Shown: positions 1 to 9,618 of the stretch, piece after piece
How the letters are laid out: each line of letters begins with the position of its first letter
Position numbering within the stretch: the stretch's first letter is position 1
IMG/VR virus record: IMGVR_UViG_3300005294_000001
Location: 1 to 54,099 of that record
Reading direction: 5' to 3' (one strand)
Length of the DNA stretch: 54,099 nucleotides
DNA from: a virus
Taxonomy: Duplodnaviria; Caudoviricetes
Program-made: the position numbers and the translations under genes
Notes under the pieces: generated by a model
What the model saw: only the letters and a program-made list of their open reading frames with translations
What the model was told of the DNA's origin: nothing
Databases searched by the model: none

Positions 1-110
1 AATTTCTTCCAGATCCTTCTAATGCGATTACGTTTATTTTCATTCTATATTCGTGTTCCTAAACAAAATGTCAGCTTCCCACTTCTTGACCACTTCCCAA
101 GTTCCAGGTA
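1..110. repeat. Terminal direct repeat copy 1 (assembly circularity overlap)
   Basis: 1-110 is identical to 53990-54099. Confidence 0.97.
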
Positions 111-669
111 GGCGACGGTGTATTTCTTCTGCTCCTATCTGGCCTTCATACATCTCCTCGTTGTAATACTCGGTGAAGAAGTATTTTGTTCGGCTGAGTG
201 CCTTGGTTCCACCTTGAATCACTAGATCCTCCGCGCCCTGCACATCGCACCAAATGAATCCGATCTGTGGAATGCTGAACAGGTCAATGAAGTCATCAAG
301 CCTGATTACCCGAACGTTGATCTTGTCTTTGAACTCGCAATGAGGGAATGCGGTGATGTGCTTACGTGGTTCTTTTAGAGAACCAGACAGGGTGTGCTCG
401 CATTCGAAATGAGGGTTCCATCCTGTGCTGGTGTTGAACTCGCATATTGCGTTCTGTTCACCTACAGCGCATTCAATTAGCTGAATTTCACGACCATTTC
501 TAAAGGCAATAATGTTTCTTGGATCTGGCTCAAACGCGAAGTATTCAGAAGGTTGAAGTAAATCAAATATTTTCTGGGTATCCAATCCCCATGCCGCACC
601 TATCTCCATAACCATCGGACGTTCACTGAACTTCAGTGTCGGCAAAATGCTGAATATGTCAGAATCCAT
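40..669 (-). CDS. FkbM-family SAM-dependent methyltransferase
   Basis: Motifs VMEIGAAWG, FAFEPDPRN, RLDDF, IWCDVQGAEDLVIQGG. Likely start MDSDIF (669) overlaps the upstream stop; the ORF track extends it to 873. Confidence 0.9.
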   Translation of the reverse strand: MDSDIFSILPTLKFSERPMVMEIGAAWGLDTQKIFDLLQPSEYFAFEPDPRNIIAFRNGREIQLIECAVGEQNAICEFNTSTGWNPHFECEHTLSGSLKEPRKHITAFPHCEFKDKINVRVIRLDDFIDLFSIPQIGFIWCDVQGAEDLVIQGGTKALSRTKYFFTEYYNEEMYEGQIGAEEIHRRLPGTWEVVKKWEADILFRNTNIE

Positions 670-1306
670 GTTTTTCGAGAGTTTCCCACGCCTTTGAGTA
701 TTTACTTCCTGCCCAGATTCGACCATGAAATCCGAATGATGGCCGTTCGTTGAAGATGGTTTCAGTGGAGAACTGAGCCGCAACCCCCGAAGGAGCAAAT
801 CGTATCCCCATCTTTTCAAGTTCATGCCTTCTGTCTCGACAGATGTAGGTATCGGATGCTGCTTCTGATTCATTGGGCATAACCTTTAACCCACGCTTTG
901 TCTGCATCAATTTCTGAGACTCAATATTGAATCCGCCATTTCCCACTACTCCGTCATGCCACGGCGCACCGATGTAATCGTAGTGCAAGAACTCCGGTCG
1001 CCATTTCTTAACATCAATCGGAAACCCATCTTCATGCACCGACATGGCAAACGGTCCCGTGATGTATTTTGGAACTTCTCGATTCACGAACACGTTGAAC
1101 CTTTGGAAATCCAGGTGAGGTATCTTGATAATCTCGAACGGAAAATCGCATATTCGTTTCTTGCACGCATTGAAATAGACCACTCTACCGAACTCTATGA
1201 TGCTGTCGCAGTAGTTCAGCACTCGAACCGTGCGCCAGTTGAGATCTTCATCGTTTCCCCACGATATGGCCCACAAGGTTACGTTTTTTAGCTTCAGCCT
1301 ATTCAA
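659..1306 (-). CDS. DUF5672-like glycosyltransferase-related protein
   Basis: HEDGF..W..EFLHYDYIGAPW...VGNGGF...S.KL and FGFHG motifs. Start uncertain (TTG near 1306; ORF extends to 1345). Confidence 0.8.
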   Translation of the reverse strand: MNRLKLKNVTLWAISWGNDEDLNWRTVRVLNYCDSIIEFGRVVYFNACKKRICDFPFEIIKIPHLDFQRFNVFVNREVPKYITGPFAMSVHEDGFPIDVKKWRPEFLHYDYIGAPWHDGVVGNGGFNIESQKLMQTKRGLKVMPNESEAASDTYICRDRRHELEKMGIRFAPSGVAAQFSTETIFNERPSFGFHGRIWAGSKYSKAWETLEKHGF

Positions 1307-2732
1307 GCCAGTTGGTCGGGATAGAGAAATGACCGTTTTTGACATTGATCTGATTCTTGCGCTTAAATCGGCAGTTTGGATTTCCCGGTGACCATTCCTC
1401 CACGATCACGTTCTTTCCAAGACCTAACGCGATAGCCAATGCACTACTCTGATTCCCGATGAACACTTTGGATCCGTTTATGACTCTCGCCAGCTCAAGG
1501 AAATTGGCCGTCTTGTGCCATGGAACCTTCACCGCGGGCTGCAACTTGCAGAACTCGACATACTCATGATCCAGACCCACAAACGCCATGCGGTGCCCAT
1601 TCTGAGCGATTGCCGATGCCCACGGGAACTTGTCATTATGAAAGCGTGCGGTGCGGTTAACGATTATTGGTTTGCCAGGAATCGTGACTGACGAATCACA
1701 TGTCAGCCAAGCCTGATCTTCTGGGTAGTCCACACCGCACGCTAAAAGTTGCAATCGGAACAAGGAAAAGAAGTTCTCCGGTCGATGCGTTCGGTAGAAG
1801 TCTCGGAACGCATTAAAATCAACATCCGTCGATGCAGGCATTGAACTTGTAAACCGACAATCCCAAACATATTCCTGATGACGGATTAACGGTGCCAACT
1901 TGTCGATCATCTCGTTTCCCATCCCACGGGTCATGTTTGGTACGCGAGGGTAAGGGTAACGGCAATCGGGACTTATGAACATTGTTCCACCACCCATTGC
2001 CTTCACCGCCGCTAGACCGTAGATTATGTCCCCTGCATCTCCACTATGATGAAAAACCAACGGTCTGTTCTTCAGTCCATTGAGGGGAGTCAGATAGGAA
2101 TGGAAGCCAAACTGCCCATTCCATCCTCTACCGTCACTCGTCCAGGTGTTCGCTTCGAAGTGATACGACGCAGCCTCGATGGAAAACTGCTTTGCCAGCA
2201 TTGCGGGTGCGAACTTTATCCCATCTCGTTCGAGTTCCGCCCTGTGTTTGCGGCAAATGAAATTATCTTCAGGGTGCGCGGCATCTGTAAAACGTGCGGC
2301 AGCTTTCAGGAGTTTCTTGCTCCGAAGTGAGAAGCCTCCGTTACCCACGATATTTCCATTCCAGGGTGCTCCAATATAATCAAACTCAAGGAACTGCGGT
2401 AACCACGACTTCGGGTTAAGAACGTACCCGTCCCACTGGACCAGTAAACAGTGTGAGCTATCGACATACTTGTGAAGCTCACGAATACAGAAATTGCTGT
2501 ATCCTTCCAACCCGTCGAACTTTTGAATCTTGTTCGCAAACTTGAGACTTTCATCGTGAGTCAGGAATTTAATCGCATCATAAGTCGCTACTTTCTCGCA
2601 TTCAATCAACGCCCGTTCCGTCAGGTGAGCCTTCGGACCCGTGTCAATCGCAATGAGCGTTACGGGGATGTGTGGGCGATCCTCGGGGAGAATCTGATCG
2701 TCTAACATCCAACATTTATCGTTTGGAGTCAT
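1299..2732 (-). CDS. Two-domain protein: N-terminal DUF5672-like domain plus C-terminal GT9 (heptosyltransferase)-like domain
   Basis: N-half QWDGYVLNP..W...FLEFDYIGAPW..VGNGGFSLRSKKL. C-half HSGDAGDIIY...NFLELARVINGSKVFIGNQSSALAIALGLGK. Start ATG 2732 is coupled to the upstream stop. Confidence 0.78.
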   Translation of the reverse strand: MTPNDKCWMLDDQILPEDRPHIPVTLIAIDTGPKAHLTERALIECEKVATYDAIKFLTHDESLKFANKIQKFDGLEGYSNFCIRELHKYVDSSHCLLVQWDGYVLNPKSWLPQFLEFDYIGAPWNGNIVGNGGFSLRSKKLLKAAARFTDAAHPEDNFICRKHRAELERDGIKFAPAMLAKQFSIEAASYHFEANTWTSDGRGWNGQFGFHSYLTPLNGLKNRPLVFHHSGDAGDIIYGLAAVKAMGGGTMFISPDCRYPYPRVPNMTRGMGNEMIDKLAPLIRHQEYVWDCRFTSSMPASTDVDFNAFRDFYRTHRPENFFSLFRLQLLACGVDYPEDQAWLTCDSSVTIPGKPIIVNRTARFHNDKFPWASAIAQNGHRMAFVGLDHEYVEFCKLQPAVKVPWHKTANFLELARVINGSKVFIGNQSSALAIALGLGKNVIVEEWSPGNPNCRFKRKNQINVKNGHFSIPTNWLE

Positions 2733-3403
2733 GCCAATTGAAGCACTTCTTGGCTTAGTCTCCGTGCGGCTATTTCGCAATAGCGTTCTTCGATTTCGAT
2801 CCCGATTGCTTTGCGCCCAAGGTCTTTCGCTGCCCTTAGCGTTGTTCCGCTGCCCATGAATGGATCAAGGATGGTGTTTCCCTTGTTGCTGCTTGCGTAG
2901 ATGAGTCGCTTAAACAACCACTCGGGTTTAGGTGTAGGATGCCCATTCTGTTCCGCTGTCGGTCCTATGAACACGGGGCTTTTGCAAAATTCATTAAATA
3001 CAGCCTTAGATAGCTTCCCGAAAACGCAGCATTCTACAGAACTAAGCCATAGGTGCTGTCCATTCATCGGGCTTGGATTGGTCTTGCTCCAAATACATAG
3101 CCGCGTTGAGAATCCATAAGTTTCAAGGTGCGACCTAAACACTGATACTTGCTCAGTGCTGCACCACACGTAAACTGAACCAAGTGCATTTTCTGAGATT
3201 AGGGTTATCATCTCTCCGTTGCCCATGGTTGGCGCGTCAGCATCGCCTTTATCCAAATTCCTAAGCCCGTTTGTATCACGGTTGACCTGTCCGTAGGTAA
3301 CATCCGTAAGCACAAGATCCACCTTTGGCAGCGTCGGTAGGATTTCGCGGCAATCGCCGTGGTAAATCACTATCCCGCGTCCATCGTCGTAATAAGGTTT
3401 CAT
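2729..3403 (-). CDS. DNA N6-adenine/N4-cytosine methyltransferase (beta class), atypical catalytic motif
   Basis: IYHGDCREIL, DLVLTDVTY (at the DPPY position), HPTPKP, ILDPFMGSGTT, GIEIEERYCEIA. Confidence 0.9.
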   Translation of the reverse strand: MKPYYDDGRGIVIYHGDCREILPTLPKVDLVLTDVTYGQVNRDTNGLRNLDKGDADAPTMGNGEMITLISENALGSVYVWCSTEQVSVFRSHLETYGFSTRLCIWSKTNPSPMNGQHLWLSSVECCVFGKLSKAVFNEFCKSPVFIGPTAEQNGHPTPKPEWLFKRLIYASSNKGNTILDPFMGSGTTLRAAKDLGRKAIGIEIEERYCEIAARRLSQEVLQLA

Positions 3404-3440
3404 TCAGAGTCGTCCAGCATCCAGCATTGTTGAGTGGGGA

Positions 3441-3668
3441 TCATTGCATCCAATGCTCTGCTAAACTTTTGAATTTTTCTTCAACCGCAAGTTTCATTTG
3501 TGGGTGATTCTCCATTTGAATCCATTGATCCATCTTGTCTCTGTGGCTTTGATCTAGCAATTCCTTCTCAATCAAATCCTGAATAAGAATCGCGTTGTTT
3601 ATCGTGCAATCTTTAGCCATTTCTGGAACTCGTGCCGCAATATCAGAAGCAAGCGATTGAATGCTCAT
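3441..3668 (-). CDS. hypothetical protein
   Basis: 75-aa ORF, ATGA-coupled within the operon. Confidence 0.6.
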   Translation of the reverse strand: MSIQSLASDIAARVPEMAKDCTINNAILIQDLIEKELLDQSHRDKMDQWIQMENHPQMKLAVEEKFKSLAEHWMQ

Positions 3669-3868
3669 TTCTTCTCTCCAATCTTCATCCCGCTACTCAT
3701 CACTTTGTTTTCGTGTTTTTGAACCTCCTCCAGAGATACGGCTAGAGCACAATAAGGACAGCATGGAACGTGTGGAGTTGCCCAATACTGCGTCGGCATT
3801 CCGCACTTAAAACAATGTTCTTTCATCCACCCGTCGAACTCTTTCGGTTCTTTATGTATTTCAACCAT
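3665..3868 (-). CDS. small CxxC zinc-finger-like protein
   Basis: CFKC...CCPYC; overlaps neighbouring genes in the operon. Confidence 0.6.
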   Translation of the reverse strand: MVEIHKEPKEFDGWMKEHCFKCGMPTQYWATPHVPCCPYCALAVSLEEVQKHENKVMSSGMKIGEKK

Positions 3869-4541
3869 TCGATTTATCCCCCATCTTCATCCAACACCAC
3901 TCGGGCAGCTTCTCTTTCGTGTCCTTGCTCATCTTGCGTAGCGCGAATTCAATCGGTGTCCAGACCTTCAGCGGTAACGGACACGCACAGGCTTCGCAGA
4001 CGCCTAGGGAAGCATCGTATTTGGTGGACAGCTTCATCGAGTTCTTTGCTGCCAACTGGTTCTTGATCAACTCCGCTGCTGGTGCGGTGAATGCCTGCTT
4101 CCAATCACCAGAACCGTTCATCGGGCAACGCTTCTCTCCTGGTGCGCCAGCCGTGCAGATTAAGGCGCGTGACTCTGCAACTTCTTTGGGAACCACTCGG
4201 CCACTGTCTGACCATGCCAACAAATTCTGAGCACCAATCGCAATGTTCTTAACGGCCACAGCAACGCCCCCGACGCGGTTGAACAGTCCCCGCGAGGGCA
4301 TAATTTTTGGGCTATCTACGATCCCTAATCGGCGCATCGTGTACGCCTCCAATTCAGTTGCAACAGCGTCGAAGTCCGTTGACAGCTTGTGCTTCGCGGT
4401 GATCGCGGGGTTCTTTTGACGATGCTGTATGATCTTTTCAACAGTTGCATCGAATGTTAAGGCAAGCGGCATTGGATTGCTCCAACCCGTCTGAGGCTGG
4501 CGGAACTGCCAACCTCCGTTTGGGAATTCTGATCGGTTCAT
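3861..4541 (-). CDS. phage protein with C-terminal Cys cluster
   Basis: RALIC...CP.N...CEACACPLPLKVW...LPEWCW. Confidence 0.7.
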   Translation of the reverse strand: MNRSEFPNGGWQFRQPQTGWSNPMPLALTFDATVEKIIQHRQKNPAITAKHKLSTDFDAVATELEAYTMRRLGIVDSPKIMPSRGLFNRVGGVAVAVKNIAIGAQNLLAWSDSGRVVPKEVAESRALICTAGAPGEKRCPMNGSGDWKQAFTAPAAELIKNQLAAKNSMKLSTKYDASLGVCEACACPLPLKVWTPIEFALRKMSKDTKEKLPEWCWMKMGDKSNG

Positions 4542-4547
4542 GAGTTG

Positions 4548-5030
4548 TTATTCTGGTATTTGGTTTAGATAGGCAAATTCTCCATGTAATTCTTTTGCGG
4601 CATTGTTGTATGCTATTGCGGCGTCGGTTGAATAATCAAAACAGCCAAGATGGGTTCTTTTATGATCTTTACTGATATATGCCACCCACCTTTTAATCTG
4701 CCTGTTGAAGTGAACTCCCTTATATCGATCAAACCTTCTGCTGGTTTTGTTCATTTGGTTCTGAGAGTTTGTGCACGGTCTTAGATTTGACCTCTGATTG
4801 TTTAGACCGTTCCTGTCAACATGATCCACCTCTCCGCTCGTAATTCCAAGAATAACTCGGTGCATGTAAAGCAGTATTCTTTTTCCGTCCACAGTCACCC
4901 TTCGGACGGCGTACGCTTCCGATAGTCCACGCTCAGGATGATCACAGCACCATTTCCATTGGGATAGCCAATCAAAATCGGAATCATCAACCAATGCAAC
5001 CTGACCTTTTGTTAGAAGCATTTCTTTCAT
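4548..5030 (-). CDS. HNH endonuclease with AP2 domain
   Basis: LTKGQVALVDDSD, MHRVI, VDHVDRNGLNNQRSNLR, YKGV..., HLGCF...AAIAYNNAA..LHGEFA. Confidence 0.93.
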   Translation of the reverse strand: MKEMLLTKGQVALVDDSDFDWLSQWKWCCDHPERGLSEAYAVRRVTVDGKRILLYMHRVILGITSGEVDHVDRNGLNNQRSNLRPCTNSQNQMNKTSRRFDRYKGVHFNRQIKRWVAYISKDHKRTHLGCFDYSTDAAIAYNNAAKELHGEFAYLNQIPE

Positions 5031-6811
5031 GAGTATTTCAGGGTGTACTTGTCTCTGGATTTTCTGTCTTGCGCTATCATCTTGTCAAGCCAACTGTCGT
5101 TTTGAATAGCGTCTACATCTACCACCTTCATTCGCTCTATGATGAACCCCAATCGCCTCGCGCCTTCTAAACTTACGGAAGCGCAGTCAGCCCGATTTGG
5201 ACTGGAACCCATCCTCAGCTTACATTCTTGCTTAGTTTCCAATTCATACCTATTTCCGTTGGCCCAGTGCCATTCCCGCATTCCGAACTCATTAACGACA
5301 TCCTCTGGAATCTCTCGCACCTGATAGGATTCAACCGCCTGACGCACTTGGAACCATGTCTCGGTTATAAACTTCGAGTAGTGTTCCGAACATTTCTTCA
5401 ACCTCCTGGTCTTGGTGCGTTCATCGAATATGAACATGTCGTTGCAAACAGGTCGGTCGGTAGCGGCCCCACCAGCATTCACGGCATTAACCTCGTTTCC
5501 TACGATTCGCGCCATGCTGATAGCCAGTGATGCACGCATACCAGCTTCAAAGAACACATTTGCAGGTGGAATTCCAAGTTGCGGCAACAGGTTCTTAACG
5601 AAAATTGCAATCTGATCCTCTGCTGTGTCGTTACCACTGATCATGATTGGGATAGTGATCACTGGATTGAACTTAACTACCGTTTGACCTGTTACATCTT
5701 CTCCAAATTCAATGGGAATGCATTCGCATGGGTCACCGCCGTAGCCTGCGTCAATGCCTAGAACCTTAGTCGTTTCACTTCCACTCCAGATGCATTTTTC
5801 AAATGCGCCATACTTCAAAGCCATTGCGCGAGTGATGACGCGGTAGTTGTCTACTCCGACCTTCCTCACGCCCATTATCTGACTCCAGTATTCCGCCGAA
5901 TCTTTTCCGCTGCGCTTTAGAACACGATCCACGTCTGCTTGGTCTACTAGGTAAGAATAGGTCTTTGGCTTGTCTGGTTGAAAGTTTGGGGAATCGGTGC
6001 CAACGAGATTGATCGTGATACCTTCGTAGCGATTCTTCCAAGTGCAGGTCTTGGTGATTTCTCCAAGCGAGTCCCACCCGCTATCAGGTTCCGCTATCTT
6101 GTCCAAGGCTTTTCCGTTTCCACCGATTGGATTGCCAACGAAACAGCCCTTGAAATCGCCTTTGTCGAGGTTCGATAGCACATTAATATAATTAATATGC
6201 ATGAACTGCAATTCATCTCCTAATAATCTTCTGCGCTTCTGTTTTATACCGCAAAACTTCTCTAGACCTCCTGCCCATTGACCGTCGCTTCCAAGGCATG
6301 GGATGCAAAGGATTCCACGACGCATATCCCGCACTTCCGCATCTTCGCCTAAAGCATCGGTGAACAGACCGTGCTTTGCATCCACGACATTGCCAGCAAG
6401 CCAAGGCCATAGCTCTCGCGCTCGGTCGAAAAGATCCTTTAAATCCCCCCACACACGCAACTCAAGACCGCGAATGTCGGTGGAACTCATCAGAATCAAT
6501 GTCTCGTTCGGATAACACCAGTAGTCCGTAAGCGCATATTTGGACATCGTTCTGGTTTTGCTGCTGTCCCTGGACCCTTGTACTACTGTCATTCGGTTTT
6601 CCAATATTGTCTTGAGTATCAGGTCCGACCATAAATGGTGATCATCATCCGGCCACAGCAACGTCTGCATCTTGCGAAAGTGATAAAACAACCCTTCTCC
6701 ATACTCCTTCCCCGCAATCGTCCACTTACCACCCTTCTGAACGCATGTCATTTCTATCTGAAGATCATCTTGATCCCTCCATGACAATCCGTATCGCTTG
6801 GTGATGCTCAT
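5027..6811 (-). CDS. terL: Terminase large subunit
   Basis: 594 aa. Walker A-like GSRDSSKT, Walker B LLGDE, coupling motif VGNP, RNase H-like VLGIDAGYGGD, C-terminal ETKQECKLRMGSSPNRAD. Confidence 0.88.
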   Translation of the reverse strand: MSITKRYGLSWRDQDDLQIEMTCVQKGGKWTIAGKEYGEGLFYHFRKMQTLLWPDDDHHLWSDLILKTILENRMTVVQGSRDSSKTRTMSKYALTDYWCYPNETLILMSSTDIRGLELRVWGDLKDLFDRARELWPWLAGNVVDAKHGLFTDALGEDAEVRDMRRGILCIPCLGSDGQWAGGLEKFCGIKQKRRRLLGDELQFMHINYINVLSNLDKGDFKGCFVGNPIGGNGKALDKIAEPDSGWDSLGEITKTCTWKNRYEGITINLVGTDSPNFQPDKPKTYSYLVDQADVDRVLKRSGKDSAEYWSQIMGVRKVGVDNYRVITRAMALKYGAFEKCIWSGSETTKVLGIDAGYGGDPCECIPIEFGEDVTGQTVVKFNPVITIPIMISGNDTAEDQIAIFVKNLLPQLGIPPANVFFEAGMRASLAISMARIVGNEVNAVNAGGAATDRPVCNDMFIFDERTKTRRLKKCSEHYSKFITETWFQVRQAVESYQVREIPEDVVNEFGMREWHWANGNRYELETKQECKLRMGSSPNRADCASVSLEGARRLGFIIERMKVVDVDAIQNDSWLDKMIAQDRKSRDKYTLKYS

Positions 6812-6977
6812 TCAGTCGGATAGTTGATTACAGGTTCATGGCCGCAGACCGTAGGAATAAATTCAAACTCTTTCTCCCCCAAATAGAACTCCCTGTTCGT
6901 GCTCGCTTCACGCTGCCATTCCTTCAACGGACCATACAGCCGTTCACTGAAATACTTCTCTAGCGTGTCGCTATCTT

Positions 6978-7127
6978 TCATTGCTGCCGTAATTCTTCGC
7001 AGGCTTGTTTCGCTTCTTCAACGGCAATCACTCTCTGATCCTCAGTTGGCTCATCGGTTACGCACATGATTCCAAAGCGTTCCGTAACTCGGTAAAGGAA
7101 CTCATCTCTCAATTCATCTTCGGTCAT
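6978..7127 (-). CDS. hypothetical protein
   Basis: MTEDELRDEFLYRVTERFGIM...; start uncertain. Confidence 0.5.
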   Translation of the reverse strand: MTEDELRDEFLYRVTERFGIMCVTDEPTEDQRVIAVEEAKQACEELRQQ

Positions 7128-7219
7128 AAAAACGCCTCTAGGCTTTAATGGGCGGAATACAACGTCAGTAGCAACGCCGTCGCAGAAATTAACTGCGCAC
7201 TTTCCCGAGGCGAGATTAT

Positions 7220-7417
7220 TCATCCCTTCTCAGGTTCAAAGAACTCGATGAGGCTTCCGGTGATGGACTCTATGAGCGACTTCACGATTCGCTTCACGGA
7301 TGATAGGCGGGTATATCCTTCTCCTGACTCCGCAATGATTCTACCGCTACGCTTCATGTGCCACCTAAACCCATCTTTAGCCTTGTAGATGATTACCTGG
7401 ATCTTTGGTTTTCGCAT
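7220..7417 (-). CDS. DUF1508/YegP-like small protein
   Basis: IYKAKDGFRWHMKRSGRIIAESGEGYTR. Confidence 0.8.
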   Translation of the reverse strand: MRKPKIQVIIYKAKDGFRWHMKRSGRIIAESGEGYTRLSSVKRIVKSLIESITGSLIEFFEPEKG

Positions 7418-7584
7418 TGTTTTGTCTTTCGTTGTTTTACTGGTTCGACTTCTATAACTTTACCCCAGATGCCTTTGACTTCGACAACGTGCATTACGAA
7501 TCGTTCCGCCAAGTCGCGCTCACTGAAATAGGTCTGGTTCCTATACGAGCCAGGGAACACGGTGAGGAACCATCGGTGTGTCAT
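7393..7584 (-). CDS. hypothetical protein
   Basis: ATG at 7584 is coupled to the upstream stop. Confidence 0.5.
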   Translation of the reverse strand: MTHRWFLTVFPGSYRNQTYFSERDLAERFVMHVVEVKGIWGKVIEVEPVKQRKTKQCENQRSR

Positions 7585-7811
7585 TTGGCCTCCGTTTCGG
7601 CAATTGCTTTGCATGCTCGATTGACGACATCCCTTGCGAGCTGGCTGAAATCATCGTGACAGAACGGGCGCAAGTGATCTTCCCATTCGTTTTGGAGATG
7701 CTTGGTGGTTTCAAGTAGGGACTCGCGCAACGCCTTCGATCCACGCTTCAGATTCTCATTCTCCGCAATAAGCCGGTTACAAGCGGATTCCAGTTCGATA
7801 AGTGTGCTCAC
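7581..7811 (-). CDS. hypothetical protein
   Basis: GTGA-coupled start at 7811; coiled-coil-like. Confidence 0.55.
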   Translation of the reverse strand: MSTLIELESACNRLIAENENLKRGSKALRESLLETTKHLQNEWEDHLRPFCHDDFSQLARDVVNRACKAIAETEAK

Positions 7812-8311
7812 TTCCCCTCCTCGGTTGTGGTCCACTTGCCAATGCAACGTAAAAAAGCTTCGGCGCGTTGGGTGGCGGTAGCGTGGATTGTGTGCATTCC
7901 GGTTGCCATTGATGGACTGTAGCCATTCTTAATAACAACTCGCTCTAACATGCTGTGATAGTTGATTTGCTGCGCTCTGGTTAGAGCGTTTTCCGCCTCG
8001 TGCATGGCGTTCAGGTCGTGGTAGTAGTCTGGGATCATGCACGAGCATCCATCCACCATTCCGTATGGTGTTCCATCTTTCCACGCAACCTGTGCAACCT
8101 TGTTGATTTGCCACCCGCACGCCTCCGCTATCGCTATGTTGATTTGTTCTGGTGTCATGGTTTTCGGTGTTGCGGCGGGTGTGATTTTTAAATGCTCCGG
8201 TTCGCGGGCCTCTGGGTTGTCCGAGCAATAACGCATGTGGAGCGAGACGTTATCGTGCCATTCTTTGCAGTGGCGACACTGACCGCGACCACCCATTCTG
8301 TTTTCGTTCAT
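7808..8311 (-). CDS. Phage ABA-sandwich-like domain protein with N-terminal Zn-finger-like segment
   Basis: CRHC..H...C N-terminus; TPEQINIAIAEACGW...IPDYYHDLNAMHEAE...ATATQRAEAFLRCIGKW. Confidence 0.65.
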   Translation of the reverse strand: MNENRMGGRGQCRHCKEWHDNVSLHMRYCSDNPEAREPEHLKITPAATPKTMTPEQINIAIAEACGWQINKVAQVAWKDGTPYGMVDGCSCMIPDYYHDLNAMHEAENALTRAQQINYHSMLERVVIKNGYSPSMATGMHTIHATATQRAEAFLRCIGKWTTTEEGK

Positions 8312-8326
8312 AGTTTATCCCGCCTC

Positions 8327-9466
8327 CTAGGTTGCGGTTGCGGCGAGGGCTTGTTCAATCTCTTTCGCCATCTGGTGAGCGCGTTCCATGTTGTAAGAAA
8401 TCGTTTCGTGTCCTTGGTGGTCGCAGTTGTGATCCTGTAACAAGTGCTGCGCTCCAAATGCTAGACTTCGTAGAATGTCACTGACGGGCCAAGGCTTACC
8501 AATGCCCAACGCCTCCCTCAGCACCTTCACCTTATCGGGCGACAACCATCCGGTGCCGCAGTCGGGGGAGATGGCTTCCCTAGCCACCGCAACAGCCTCG
8601 GCCATTCCGTCCCAATCGGGATTCTTTGACGTGCTCCAAGCATCTGAAACGCATTGCAGTGCCTCATCCTTAGCCGCGCACTTGGCCTCGGCCTGTTCCT
8701 TCTCAATGCGGAGCAGATTCATTTGATAGCCGTAAGTGTTCTGCTCGTTCACATCGGCTGCTCCGTTGGCGATGATGGAGAAGTATCTAGTCTTTTGCGG
8801 CTCGGGTATCTCCTCACGGATGAACTTCGACAACCGCTCGAAGCGTTGCGAATACCACTCGCGGCAGAAGTCCCGTGATGATTCGGCTTGCTCCAACTTG
8901 GCGCGAAGATCCCCAATAACATTCTCGAAAGCGGTGTCCTCTGGGCAGACCGCCGCCTCTCGGTTCTCCCATTCCAATACTCGCGCCTCCGCTTGCTCTG
9001 CGCGGGTTTTGGATCCTTCTGAGATTTTGATCGCCTCGATATGGATCGCCACTTCGCGGAGGTCGGTCTGTGTCGTGTCTAGCCCGCAACATCGGCGCAA
9101 TTCGATCATGGCGTATTCGCATCCGATCCGGTTGAGTGTTTCGGCGTCGAGCGCGGCCTTTACCTCCTCCAATTCCTTTCGCTCTACCAAATTTGACGGG
9201 ATCGCAATCTTGCCTGCGAGCATGTTTACCCAAACGGCGGTCTTGTCCGTTGCGAGGGCTTCGGTTTGGGCTGTTAGTTTGGCAAGTTCGGCCTCGGCAT
9301 GTTCTGCTCGGGCTGTTAGATCGGCAACCAAGGCGTTAATAACACTGCTGTCAGGAACACTCCGCATCTGTCCGTGTAGGGCGAACAGCTTGGCGCGGAG
9401 TTCGTCGCGTTCCTTATACAGATCAATCAGATCGTCTCCGTAGAGTTGCGGGTATTGTTCACTCAT
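8327..9466 (-). CDS. coiled-coil mosaic phage protein
   Basis: Repeated RAEQAEA/EQAEAK heptads; likely start MSEQ at 9466. Confidence 0.7.
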   Translation of the reverse strand: MSEQYPQLYGDDLIDLYKERDELRAKLFALHGQMRSVPDSSVINALVADLTARAEHAEAELAKLTAQTEALATDKTAVWVNMLAGKIAIPSNLVERKELEEVKAALDAETLNRIGCEYAMIELRRCCGLDTTQTDLREVAIHIEAIKISEGSKTRAEQAEARVLEWENREAAVCPEDTAFENVIGDLRAKLEQAESSRDFCREWYSQRFERLSKFIREEIPEPQKTRYFSIIANGAADVNEQNTYGYQMNLLRIEKEQAEAKCAAKDEALQCVSDAWSTSKNPDWDGMAEAVAVAREAISPDCGTGWLSPDKVKVLREALGIGKPWPVSDILRSLAFGAQHLLQDHNCDHQGHETISYNMERAHQMAKEIEQALAATAT

Positions 9467-9479
9467 CGTCGTATTCCTT

Positions 9480-9617
9480 TCATTCCCTATCCTTCGGTTT
9501 ACGCAGCTCTGCGATTTCTTTTCGGATACGCGCTTCAATTCTCATTCTAACCGTGTCAGCGATTAGCCATACGGCGATGATGATGGCGGTGGAGCAGGCG
9601 ATAAGTTCAAGAGTCAT
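9480..9617 (-). CDS. small membrane-anchored protein
   Basis: MTLELIACSTAIIIAVWLIA hydrophobic N-terminus. Confidence 0.55.
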   Translation of the reverse strand: MTLELIACSTAIIIAVWLIADTVRMRIEARIRKEIAELRKPKDRE

Positions 9618-9618
9618 A

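Noticed and set aside
8736-9443. 235-aa plus-strand ORF, and similar long antisense ORFs (21693-22415, 22429-23007, 13332-13913, 37489-38070)
   Set aside because: They fully overlap better-supported genes on the opposite strand and have no recognisable motifs.
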